A stretch of DNA of 64,000 nucleotides from Deltaproteobacteria bacterium (GTDB lineage: Bacteria; Desulfobacterota; Binatia; HRBIN30). Position 1 is the first letter of the stretch. Each line of letters starts with the position of its first letter. The notes beneath the pieces are model-generated. The model was not told the DNA's origin, made no database searches, and was given only the letters and a program-made list of their open reading frames with translations. A program made the translations under genes and the position numbers. The DNA lies in the NCBI GenBank assembly GCA_016200585.1, contig JACQEN010000188.1, positions 105 through 64,104 of the forward strand, given 5' to 3'. Shown in pieces: positions 35,615 through 44,121 of the stretch.

Positions 35615-37219
35615 ATGTCAGAGGAAGCCGTAGACGTTCTGATCATCGGCGCCGGTGCGTCGGGTGCGGCGTTGGCGTGGAGTCTCGCCGACACGCGCAT
35701 GAACATCCTCTGCATGGAGCAGGGTGACTGGATGGACCCGGCGAAGTACCCGGGCATGTCGAACGACTGGGAGGCGCGCCAACTCGGCGACTTCGGGCTC
35801 AGTCCGAATACCCGCGGGCGGCGCGAAGACTATCCGGTGAACGACAGCGGCTCGCCGATTGCCGTGTCGATGTTCAACGCCGTCGGCGGCAGCACGATCC
35901 TCTACGCCGCACACTTTCCGCGTTTTCATCCCGGCGACTTCAAAGTGAAGACACTCGACGGTGTCGCCGACGATTGGCCGATCGACTACGACCTGCTGGC
36001 GCCGTACTACAATGCCAACGCTCGCATGATGGGTGTATCGGGATTGGCCGGTGATCCGGCCTACCCCGCGAAGGAAGTGCCGCTGCCGCCGGTGACGCTC
36101 GGCAAGGTCGGCGAGACGTTGGCCCGTGGCTTCAATCGACTGGGCTGGCACTGGTGGCCGTCGGACAGCGCCATCACCACGCAGGAGTACGAAGGCCGCG
36201 CCCCGTGCATCAATGCCGGCACGTGTCTGCTCGGTTGCGGGCAAGGAGCAAAGGCCAGTACCGATATCACCTACTGGCCGGAGGCTGTACGCCGCGGCGT
36301 CCGCGTCAAGACGCGTTGCCGTGTACGTGAGATCACCGTTCGCGAGAACGGCATGGCCGACGGCGTCATCTACTACGACGCCGATGGCGTCGAGCGGAAG
36401 CAGAAGGCCGAAGTGGTGGTCCTTGCTTGTAACGGCATCGGCACGCCGCGCTTGTTGCTGAACTCGCGTTCAAAACAATTTCCCGACGGGCTCGCCAATC
36501 GCAGCGGCCTGGTCGGGAAGAATCTGATGTTTCATCCGTACGCGATGGTCACCGGCGTCTTCGACGAGCCGCTCGACAGTTACAAGGGTCCGACCGGTTG
36601 CTGCATCATGAGCCAGGAGTTCTACGAAACCGATCGCTCGCGCGGCTTCGTGCGCGGCTACTCGTTCGAGATTCTACGCGGCTTTGGCCCGGTGTCGACG
36701 GCGCTGTGGGGCATGCAGCAAGGCCGCATGCCGTGGGGTGCCGATCATCACCGGGCGCACTCCGAGTTGTTCAATCACACCGCCGGCATGGTGGTGATTT
36801 GCGAAGATCTTCCCGAGCCCGGCAACAGCGTGACTCTCGATCCGGAGCTGGTCGACTCCGACGGCATTCCGGCGCCGAAAATCAACTACCGGCTGAGCGA
36901 CAACAGCAGCAAGATGCTCGAGCACAGCGTCGCCCGCGCCAGAGAGGTGCTGGTCGCGTCGGGGGCCAACGACACCATCGCCGAGGCGCCGCTGCCGTTT
37001 GCCGGCTGGCATTTGATGGGGACGGCGCGCATGGGGGCCGATCCCAACACGTCGGTAGTGAACGAGTGGGGCCGCTGTCACGACGTGAAGAATCTCTTCG
37101 TCATCGATGGCAGCGTCTTCGTAACCTCCGCGGCGGTCAATCCGACCAATACCATTCAAGCCCTGGCTCTCTATGTCGGTGACCGGATGAAAAAGAATCT
37201 GGCCAACTTGTTCGATTGA
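35615..37219 (+). CDS. GMC-family FAD oxidoreductase (gluconate 2-dehydrogenase flavoprotein-like)
   Basis: VDVLIIGAGASGAALAWSLA, HLMGTARMG, NLFVIDGSVFVTS. Confidence 0.85.
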   Translation: MSEEAVDVLIIGAGASGAALAWSLADTRMNILCMEQGDWMDPAKYPGMSNDWEARQLGDFGLSPNTRGRREDYPVNDSGSPIAVSMFNAVGGSTILYAAHFPRFHPGDFKVKTLDGVADDWPIDYDLLAPYYNANARMMGVSGLAGDPAYPAKEVPLPPVTLGKVGETLARGFNRLGWHWWPSDSAITTQEYEGRAPCINAGTCLLGCGQGAKASTDITYWPEAVRRGVRVKTRCRVREITVRENGMADGVIYYDADGVERKQKAEVVVLACNGIGTPRLLLNSRSKQFPDGLANRSGLVGKNLMFHPYAMVTGVFDEPLDSYKGPTGCCIMSQEFYETDRSRGFVRGYSFEILRGFGPVSTALWGMQQGRMPWGADHHRAHSELFNHTAGMVVICEDLPEPGNSVTLDPELVDSDGIPAPKINYRLSDNSSKMLEHSVARAREVLVASGANDTIAEAPLPFAGWHLMGTARMGADPNTSVVNEWGRCHDVKNLFVIDGSVFVTSAAVNPTNTIQALALYVGDRMKKNLANLFD

Positions 37220-37235
37220 TGGAGCGGCCCGCACG

Positions 37236-37703
37236 ATGAGCGAAGAGAACTTTGAGCGTCCGTTTTCGGCGGATGAGCTACGTACATTGACCAGCGTCCT
37301 CGACGAAATCATTCCGCCAAGCGTCGAGCGCAACCTTCCGGGAGCCGGCGAGGCCGGCGTCGCCGCGTACGTCGACGCGGCATTGCGCAAGGCGGTCGAG
37401 TTGCGGCCGGTGATCGTACAGGGGTTGGCGGATCTCGAGGCTCAGGCGCGCAGCCGCTTCGGCCAGAGCTTTGCGGCGCTTTCCAAAACCGAAAAAGGTG
37501 CTTTGCTCAACGAACAGGGATTCATCTTCCCGCTCATGCTGCACGCCTACATCGGCTACTACCAGAATGAGCGCGTCGTCTCGGCTCTCGGCCTGCCGCT
37601 GCGCCCGCCTCATCCGCAAGGCTACGAGATGGAGCGCAGCGATTTGTCGCTGCTCGACGTTGTCCGCCGGCGGCCGAAGATGTTCCGCACGCTGCCGGAA
37701 TAG
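37236..37703 (+). CDS. Gluconate 2-dehydrogenase subunit 3-like small protein
   Basis: FSADELRTLTSVLDEIIPPS...PGAGEAGVAAYVDAAL resembles the small subunit family. No twin-arginine signal visible. Confidence 0.55.
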   Translation: MSEENFERPFSADELRTLTSVLDEIIPPSVERNLPGAGEAGVAAYVDAALRKAVELRPVIVQGLADLEAQARSRFGQSFAALSKTEKGALLNEQGFIFPLMLHAYIGYYQNERVVSALGLPLRPPHPQGYEMERSDLSLLDVVRRRPKMFRTLPE

Positions 37704-38113
37704 CTAGCGAGCCCTGTGCTGGCGGCGCCCTCATGTGTCCGCGGCGCGACGATGCAGTCCCTGAGCACCACGTCGAGCGCTCACCCAACCTCCTCCTGCG
37801 GCCAATCCATCGTCGCAGCGCCGCGCCAACGTCACCGCCCGGCGTAGCAAGTAGGGCGCGGTGTGCGGATCGTGAGCAGTGGAGCTGACTTCGTTTCCAA
37901 CAGCGGCGTCAGATGCGGTCTGCACCAAACACTTATCGAGGCTCATGAGAGCGCCGGCCACCGCCACTCCTTGCGATATGGCGCGATAGCGCGCAGGAAG
38001 TGCTGGGGGTTGGCGTTGCCGTTTTGGTGGTGGACGCTGAATAAGCCCACGTCAACCTTTCACGCAGGTTGGATCTCGCCATAAATCGGAATTGGGTGCA
38101 GCATGGAAGCATT

Positions 38114-40213
38114 ATGGTGCCTTCGACTCTCTTGGGTCTATCTCGACGCAGTTGGCGCTCAGTCGTGATCGTTGCTTCGATCCTCGCCGTCACGTCTCGA
38201 CTGCAAGCACAGGAACCCCCACCCACCCAGGGCCACCAAACGACTCCGCCGCGCTTGAGCTTTACTCAGGGTGAGGTGTCGTTTTGGCGACCCGGCGCGG
38301 AGGACTGGACCGCGGCGCAGGTCAATACGCCCTTGGCTTCCGGCGATTCGCTGTACTCAGGCGACGCATCCAATCTCGAAGTCCAAATCGGGCCGCGGGC
38401 GTTCTTGCGTAGTGCCGCCAACACGCAGGTGGCGCTGGACAACGAGGAACCCGACTTTCTGCAGTTCCGAGTCACCGGCGGGACCGTGGCGTTGGACCTG
38501 CGCAGCCTCAAGGCAGGACAGACGATCGAGTTGGATACACCGCACGCGACCTTCTCGATCGAGGCCACGGGCTACTATCGGGCAGACGTCAGTGGCAGTC
38601 AGACGACGTTGATTGCGCGTCGCGGCGGGCACGCGATCGTTACGCCCGCGGGCGGCCAGCCATCCACTGTCGGCCCGAGCGAAGAGGTCGTTCTCGAAGG
38701 TGCCGAGCAAGCGACGATCGAGGGTTATGCGGCGCCGGAAGTCGACGCCTGGGACCGCTGGAACTACGACCGCACCGATCATCTGATCGACTCCGTCAGC
38801 GCGCGCTACGTTCCACCCGGAGTCTATGGCGTAGATGCGCTCGACCACTACGGGACGTGGAGAGTGACACCGGACTACGGTTCGGTATGGGTACCGACCG
38901 GCATCGGCGCCGACTGGGCGCCCTACAGCGACGGCAACTGGGTTTGGGACCCCTACTATGGTTGGACGTGGGTGGATCGTGCGCCGTGGGGTTGGGCGCC
39001 GTTTCATTACGGCCGCTGGGTTCACTTCAGCGAGCATTGGTGCTGGGCCCCGGGACCCCTGCTTGCGACGCCGATCTACGCGCCGGCCCTGGTTGCTTTC
39101 TTCGGTGGCGCTCATTTTGGGGTCAGCGTCGGAATCGGCGGTGCGGCGCTTGGATGGGTCAGTCTCGGGTGGGGCGAGCCGATCGTACCGTGGTGGGGCC
39201 CTGCCGGCTTCATCGGCATTCCGTCGTGGCACGGCTGGGGCGGCCCGCGCGTCGTCAACAACACGGTGATCGAACGCAACACCGTCATCAACGTGACCAA
39301 CATCAACATCTATCAGAACGCTCGTGTGCGCGATGCGGTGATTGCGGTTCGCGAAGATCGATTTGGACGCGGAGCTGCGGATCATGTGCGCGTCCGACAG
39401 GTCGATCCACAGCAGCTCGAACCATTGCACGGCAAGATCCCGATTCAGCCGGTTGCCGCCAGCTTGAGTCCGAGGACCGAGCCGGCCCGACGACCACCGG
39501 CAGCCCTCGAAAGACGGGGGGTCGTGGCGACACGCAACCCGCACGACGTGTCGGCGCCGCTGCGAGCCGAAGGGCTCAAAGTGCCCGACCAGCCAGTGGC
39601 TGCGCCGCGGATCGTCGCTAGCCCGCGCGCACCGCGCTCGGCGCTGTCGGTGCCACGAGCTCCGTATGGAGAAAAGGGAACAGCGGAGCGCACTCTTCCT
39701 GCGCCGCCGCCGCAGTTCGGCTCGGATCGAGGATCGCCGCGCCAGCCGGTCGAGCGGATTCCACGACAACCTCGGCCCGTACCGAATCAGCCGGACCTAT
39801 CAACTCAGCCGGCGCCGCAGCGTGAAGCCGCGCCGCCACCCGTCCTGGATCACCAGCAGCGGCTTTCGCCGCACGCAGCGCCACCCCCGGCGCCGGCCCC
39901 GCGACTGGAACGGCGCCAGCAAGAGCCGCCGCCGCGCCTTGCACCGCATGAGGAGAATGTTCCCGTCCGTCCGGCTCCCAACCCCCAACCCATGCGTGAG
40001 CAAGAACGCGCGCCCGCGCCGCTTGCTCCGGCCGAGCCGGCAGAACGGCGCGAACGCATTCAGCCTCATCCTGAAATGCGCGGCCTGCCCGGAGAGCCGG
40101 CCAATCGCCTGTATCGGGAAGCACCGGCTGCCCCGATGAGGGTTCCGCACGATATGCCCGCAGCGCGGCCCGCCCCGGACGATCGACGTGATTCGCGCAA
40201 GCGCCAGCAGTGA
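38114..40213 (+). CDS. Exported FecR-like plus Trp-rich (DUF6600-like, tentative) protein with a long Pro-rich tail
   Basis: Signal RRSWRSVVIVASILAVTSRLQAQ. FecR-like beta region. YGTWRVTPDYGSVWVPTG...WAPYSDGNWVWDPYYGWTWVDRAPWGWAPFHYGRW. The C-terminal 250 aa is rich in P/A/R. Confidence 0.65.
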   Translation: MVPSTLLGLSRRSWRSVVIVASILAVTSRLQAQEPPPTQGHQTTPPRLSFTQGEVSFWRPGAEDWTAAQVNTPLASGDSLYSGDASNLEVQIGPRAFLRSAANTQVALDNEEPDFLQFRVTGGTVALDLRSLKAGQTIELDTPHATFSIEATGYYRADVSGSQTTLIARRGGHAIVTPAGGQPSTVGPSEEVVLEGAEQATIEGYAAPEVDAWDRWNYDRTDHLIDSVSARYVPPGVYGVDALDHYGTWRVTPDYGSVWVPTGIGADWAPYSDGNWVWDPYYGWTWVDRAPWGWAPFHYGRWVHFSEHWCWAPGPLLATPIYAPALVAFFGGAHFGVSVGIGGAALGWVSLGWGEPIVPWWGPAGFIGIPSWHGWGGPRVVNNTVIERNTVINVTNINIYQNARVRDAVIAVREDRFGRGAADHVRVRQVDPQQLEPLHGKIPIQPVAASLSPRTEPARRPPAALERRGVVATRNPHDVSAPLRAEGLKVPDQPVAAPRIVASPRAPRSALSVPRAPYGEKGTAERTLPAPPPQFGSDRGSPRQPVERIPRQPRPVPNQPDLSTQPAPQREAAPPPVLDHQQRLSPHAAPPPAPAPRLERRQQEPPPRLAPHEENVPVRPAPNPQPMREQERAPAPLAPAEPAERRERIQPHPEMRGLPGEPANRLYREAPAAPMRVPHDMPAARPAPDDRRDSRKRQQ

Positions 40214-40324
40214 ACCCGCCATCGCCGACGGATACCGGTGCGAGTGGCAGGTGAAAAAAGTGATTCGCGCTAGCTCCAATGCCCGTGATAGATTGCGGCT
40301 TGGTGCGGTATGGATGCTGCCGAC

Positions 40325-40344
40325 GCTCTGAAGCGGTTCAGAGC
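40325..40344 (+). terminator. 8-bp stem / GCGG tetraloop hairpin between the FecR-like gene and P3 (terminator or 5'-UTR structure)
   Basis: GCTCTGAA-GCGG-TTCAGAGC read directly. No U-tract. Confidence 0.25.
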
Positions 40345-40370
40345 ACTTGGGGCACCGCAAGGAGAGAGTC

Positions 40371-42098
40371 ATGGTGCGTAAAAGGATGATCACGGCGATC
40401 GCGATGGCGTCAGTGCTCGCCACGGTGGGCGTCGAAAGCGCTGCCTTGGGCGCCTCGAGCACGTCTCTCTTGCTGCCCCAGTCGACAGCCTTCTCCGTTC
40501 TCGGACACTCATGCGGCGGCATCCAGGAGCAGGCGTTGGCGACGGGATTCGATGCGGCGAGCGGTTATCCCACTGGGAACGTGTACCTGCAGACCCGTTG
40601 TGGCGGAAGTGGGAGAGGAGGGGGATACCACAGCAACACCTACTCCGCATGGGTCGATGTAACGTGGGACTACACTGGAACGGTGGTCTCTTACATTCCT
40701 GCCGGTGCACCGACAAGTATCGACCCGACCTTCTCTGCTTTCGACTCCTTCGGCAACGAGATCCATAACCAGCTGAACGCCGTCAACGTGCTTCCGGCCA
40801 ACTGCACGGTCGGCGATACCACTTATTGCTCGTATCGTGCCTATCTCAGCCTGTCGTCCACCTTCGTTCCCCCGCCGCGGGTAACGAGCGTGTCCGTGAC
40901 GTTTGGGCCGGCTGCGGGTGGTACGGGTGTGACTGTCACCGGGACAGGATTTACCGGCGCCACGGCGGTCACCTTCGGCGCTACCGCCGCGCCGAGCTTC
41001 ACGGTGAACGGGGACACGTCGATTACGGCTGTCTCACCAGCGGCGAGTGCGGGCACGGTCGACGTCACGGTCACTACGCCGGGCGGTACGAGCTCCGCGA
41101 GCGCAACGGATCAATTCACATTCGTCGCTGCCCCCGCAGTATCGGGCCTGAGCCCGGACGGTGGTACGGTCGACGGCGGGACCCTGGTGGCGATCAGCGG
41201 CAGGAGCTTCATCGAGGTCAGCGCCGTCAACTTCGGAGACACCCCGGCCGGATTCACGGTGAACGACGATTCGTCGATTACGGCTGTGTCACCCGCGGCA
41301 GAGGCGGTCGACACGGTCCACGTTACCGTTGTTACGGTGGGTGGAATGAGCGCCACGACCGCCGCGGACGAATTCACCTACACGCCATCGACCGCGACGT
41401 CGGCCTGCGGTGACGGGAAGCTCGATCCGGGCGAGCAGTGCGATGACGGCGCGGCCAACGGCACGCCGGGCGATTGCTGCACAGTTACTTGTACGTTTCA
41501 GCCGGCGGGGACGGCTTGTACGGATGATGGCAGCCTGTGCACCTCGGATGTGTGCGACGCGGCGGGCATGTGCACCCATCCGATTTCCCCGTGGCCTGCG
41601 TGCACACCGCCGGATGTGGCTGCGGGGGCGTCGTTGATCATGCGAACGCGGACATCTGGAGGAAACGAGGCGCAGTTCCAGTGGGGCGAGGGGCCGGTGG
41701 TGTCACTGGCGGACTTCGGCAACCCCAGCGGGAGCGACCTTCTTCAGCTTTGCGTCTATGACCAGACCGGGCCAGACACGTATGTGCTTGCCCTGACCGG
41801 CTCGCCGTCGTTGAGCGGTGGTGGAGCATGGACCGCAGGACCGGCGGGGTGGAGATTCAGGAGTAAGACTGGGGCACCCGACGGCATCACTGGCGTGACG
41901 CTGAAGGCCGCGACGATGCCGCTCAAGGCCAAGGTGCGGGTGAAGGCGATGAACAGCCCGGGATTTGCACTGCTCCCGTTGCAGTCGGCTCCGAGTGTCG
42001 TAGCGCAGGTCAAGACCTCGCTCGGCACCTGCTGGGGCGCAACCTTCTCGACGCCTACGGTGAACACCGCGAAGGAGTTCAAGGCGAAGTCGGACTAG
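40371..42098 (+). CDS. Secreted modular protein P3: unassigned N-domain, two IPT/TIG-like repeats, Myxococcus-type Cys-rich repeat, C-terminal module shared with P1
   Basis: GGAGAGAG before ATG 40371. Signal MVRKRMITAIAMASVLATVGVESAALGA. TVTGTGFTGATAVTFG and AISGRSFIEVSAVNFG. CGDGKLDPGEQCDDG. C-terminal module at 41598-42095. Confidence 0.75.
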   Translation: MVRKRMITAIAMASVLATVGVESAALGASSTSLLLPQSTAFSVLGHSCGGIQEQALATGFDAASGYPTGNVYLQTRCGGSGRGGGYHSNTYSAWVDVTWDYTGTVVSYIPAGAPTSIDPTFSAFDSFGNEIHNQLNAVNVLPANCTVGDTTYCSYRAYLSLSSTFVPPPRVTSVSVTFGPAAGGTGVTVTGTGFTGATAVTFGATAAPSFTVNGDTSITAVSPAASAGTVDVTVTTPGGTSSASATDQFTFVAAPAVSGLSPDGGTVDGGTLVAISGRSFIEVSAVNFGDTPAGFTVNDDSSITAVSPAAEAVDTVHVTVVTVGGMSATTAADEFTYTPSTATSACGDGKLDPGEQCDDGAANGTPGDCCTVTCTFQPAGTACTDDGSLCTSDVCDAAGMCTHPISPWPACTPPDVAAGASLIMRTRTSGGNEAQFQWGEGPVVSLADFGNPSGSDLLQLCVYDQTGPDTYVLALTGSPSLSGGGAWTAGPAGWRFRSKTGAPDGITGVTLKAATMPLKAKVRVKAMNSPGFALLPLQSAPSVVAQVKTSLGTCWGATFSTPTVNTAKEFKAKSD

Positions 42099-42168
42099 CG
42101 TACTCCGGCGAATGCTGCGGTGAGACGGGTGAGACGTAGTTGCTCACACGCCTGCTGAACTTCTGCTC

Positions 42169-42483
42169 TCAGCTTGGTGGGACGAGCAGGTGTGCCGGGC
42201 CGGTATCGGTCCGTTTGTACGGCATGATCACCCAGAGAACGGCATAGACGATCACTCCCCAACCGAAACCGAGCAGGGTCAACACTACGACAGCCAGACG
42301 CAAGGCGGTGACGGAAATTCCAAAGCGCTCGGCGAGGCCGGCGCAGACGCCGGCAATCATCTTGCCGCGCCGCAAGCGATACCACGGCGTCGACAGCGCC
42401 GAGCCGCCGAGCATGCTGCCGCAGTAGCGGCACTTCACCGCTTCGTCGCGAATCTCCTCGGCACAATACGGGCACAGTTTCAT
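42169..42483 (-). CDS. Zinc-ribbon plus PspC-domain membrane protein, paralog 1
   Basis: [23 protein letters not shown], then [33 protein letters not shown] (PspC-like). ATG 42483. Confidence 0.75.
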   Translation of the reverse strand: MKLCPYCAEEIRDEAVKCRYCGSMLGGSALSTPWYRLRRGKMIAGVCAGLAERFGISVTALRLAVVVLTLLGFGWGVIVYAVLWVIMPYKRTDTGPAHLLVPPS

Positions 42484-42490
42484 TGCAATC

Positions 42491-42934
42491 TCACTCGCCG
42501 GAGGCTGCTGCCGCGGTTGCGCGACGTGCGACAAGCAGCGGAATCGCGGCATAGGTGCCGCCGAACAGTAAACCCAGGAACGCCACGTAGGTCGCGACCA
42601 GGTACGTAGCAATTGCGGCCGGCAAGAGCAGCCGGGCGATCTGGTAGAACGCGTCGAGCAGGTAGGCGTCGTAAATCAGGACCAACGGCAACGGTAGCAG
42701 TGCCAGCAGTGTTGCCGTCAGCACGCGGCGCACCAGAAGACTGCGGGCGCGCCGTGAAAGTTCCGGCCGCAGCAGGGTCATGGTGTGCTGTGACAAAGCC
42801 GCAACATCGACGCGTACGACGCTGCTCTGCAGCAGCCGACCGATCCGATCGAGCGCCGCGGCGTCGTTGCGACATTCGGCGCATTCGCCGGCGTGCGCTT
42901 CGAGGACGCTGTGTCGGTCGGTGGCTTCGGTCAT
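42491..42934 (-). CDS. Membrane anti-sigma factor (ZAS-type HxxxCxxC)
   Basis: HAGECAEC motif, then TM segments. Its ATG overlaps the sigma gene stop (ATGA, 42931-42934). Confidence 0.7.
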   Translation of the reverse strand: MTEATDRHSVLEAHAGECAECRNDAAALDRIGRLLQSSVVRVDVAALSQHTMTLLRPELSRRARSLLVRRVLTATLLALLPLPLVLIYDAYLLDAFYQIARLLLPAAIATYLVATYVAFLGLLFGGTYAAIPLLVARRATAAAASGE

Positions 42935-43449
42935 GGCTTGTCTTCTTTCGTCAAAGCGAGCAGTCGCGCAAGTGCGTTGTGCAGCCGGCTCTTCACCGTT
43001 CCCTTCGGGCAGTCGAGCAGCTCCGCAACCTGGTCTTCGCTGAGGTCGTGATAGTAACGCAAGATTACCACCTCGCGTTGCGGCTCGGGCAAACGGGCGA
43101 GCAGAGCATCGGCGTCGAGTCTCGCTTCGGCGCGATCGATCGGGCGAGAGGCGTCGGCGGACTCTTTCGGATCGGCGCTCGCTTCTTCCGGGGCGCGACG
43201 ATGCCAATCGCGGCAGAGGTTGATGGCGATCTGGAAAAGCCAGGTCGAGAATCGCTTGTTGCGATCGAAGCGCTTGGCTTGTCGTACGACGCGCAGCCAC
43301 GTCTCTTGAAAGATGTCCTCGACGTCGCGGCCGGCGGTGTGGCGATAGATGAAGTTGGACAGCGGCCGCTCGTACCGTCGTAACAGCTCGCACAACGCCG
43401 GCTCATTGCCGGTTGCGAGCTCGACGACGAGGGCCTCGTCCGTTGCCAT
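42931..43449 (-). CDS. ECF (sigma-70 group IV) RNA polymerase sigma factor
   Basis: Region 2 (DVEDIFQETWLRVV, FSTWLFQIAINLCRDWHRR) and region 4 (REVVILRYYHDLSEDQVAELLDCPKGTVKSRLHNA). Confidence 0.9.
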   Translation of the reverse strand: MATDEALVVELATGNEPALCELLRRYERPLSNFIYRHTAGRDVEDIFQETWLRVVRQAKRFDRNKRFSTWLFQIAINLCRDWHRRAPEEASADPKESADASRPIDRAEARLDADALLARLPEPQREVVILRYYHDLSEDQVAELLDCPKGTVKSRLHNALARLLALTKEDKP

Positions 43450-43507
43450 AGTGTGGGCATAGCACGTTCATCCTGGGCCTTTGCCTGTGAGTCGATCGGC
43501 GACAGTC

Positions 43508-43530
43508 GACGGCTGAGAGCTCATGGGTTC
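43508..43530 (-). promoter_or_regulatory. Weak candidate ECF-type promoter (GAAC-N15-CGTC) upstream of the sigma gene
   Basis: Minus-strand tcGAACccatgagctctcagcCGTCgac, about 58 nt before ATG 43449. The spacing is 1 nt shorter than the usual 16-17. Confidence 0.2.
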
Positions 43531-43558
43531 GACCATTTCCGACCGACGATCGGCAGCA

Positions 43559-43948
43559 CTACAGCTTATCCGGAACAACCGGTGGTTGTGGTGGACCGTC
43601 ATGATGCCGCCCGCTCAAGCCGGCGACGAGATCCAATACCTTTTGCATCAGGATCTCGAGTTGCGATTCTCCACCTGGCTGCCGCGGGATGACCGCCCAC
43701 AGGGCCACGTACATGATCGCTCCGAGAAGATGGAAAAAGGTCAGCACGATGAACCCCAATCGTACTGCCGCTACGGGCAGCGCCAACATCTGCGCCACCG
43801 CCGTGCACACGCCGCCGAGGCGCGCCCCGGGGTAGCTGCGATGCCAGCGCTCGGCATCAAATGAGATCAAACGCGTCCGACAGTAGCGGCAACGCACCGC
43901 CTCATCCTGGATCTCCTCAGCGCAATACGGACATCGTTTCATGTTCAC
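43559..43948 (-). CDS. Zinc-ribbon plus PspC-domain membrane protein, paralog 2
   Basis: [25 protein letters not shown] (16/18 identical to paralog 1 across the CPYC...CRYC span), then [31 protein letters not shown]. Confidence 0.75.
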   Translation of the reverse strand: MNMKRCPYCAEEIQDEAVRCRYCRTRLISFDAERWHRSYPGARLGGVCTAVAQMLALPVAAVRLGFIVLTFFHLLGAIMYVALWAVIPRQPGGESQLEILMQKVLDLVAGLSGRHHDGPPQPPVVPDKL

Positions 43949-44009
43949 GAGCCTCCTTGTGCTCGCCCCGTAATACGCCGGAGAGACGAAAAAGGTTCAT
44001 TTCATAGTT

Positions 44010-44032
44010 CATCCGGCTGCAGCAGCCGGATG
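44010..44032 (-). terminator. Perfect 10-bp stem / 3-nt loop hairpin downstream of the GGFFN-repeat gene
   Basis: CATCCGGCTG-CAG-CAGCCGGATG. On the minus strand a TTTTT run follows 16 nt later. Confidence 0.4.
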
Positions 44033-44121
44033 TCGCCGCACACGCGGAAGCGATTCCAAATGACGCAGGATGCCGCTTTGGCGAAGATCAGGTCGATAGG
44101 CAGCGGCTCGCTGGGCAATTC

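Noticed and set aside
37731-37967. 78-aa minus-strand ORF in the 410-nt gap before the FecR-like gene.
   Set aside because: It has no SD, no recognisable motif, and its composition is like the off-frame ORFs. The region is kept as non-coding with low certainty.
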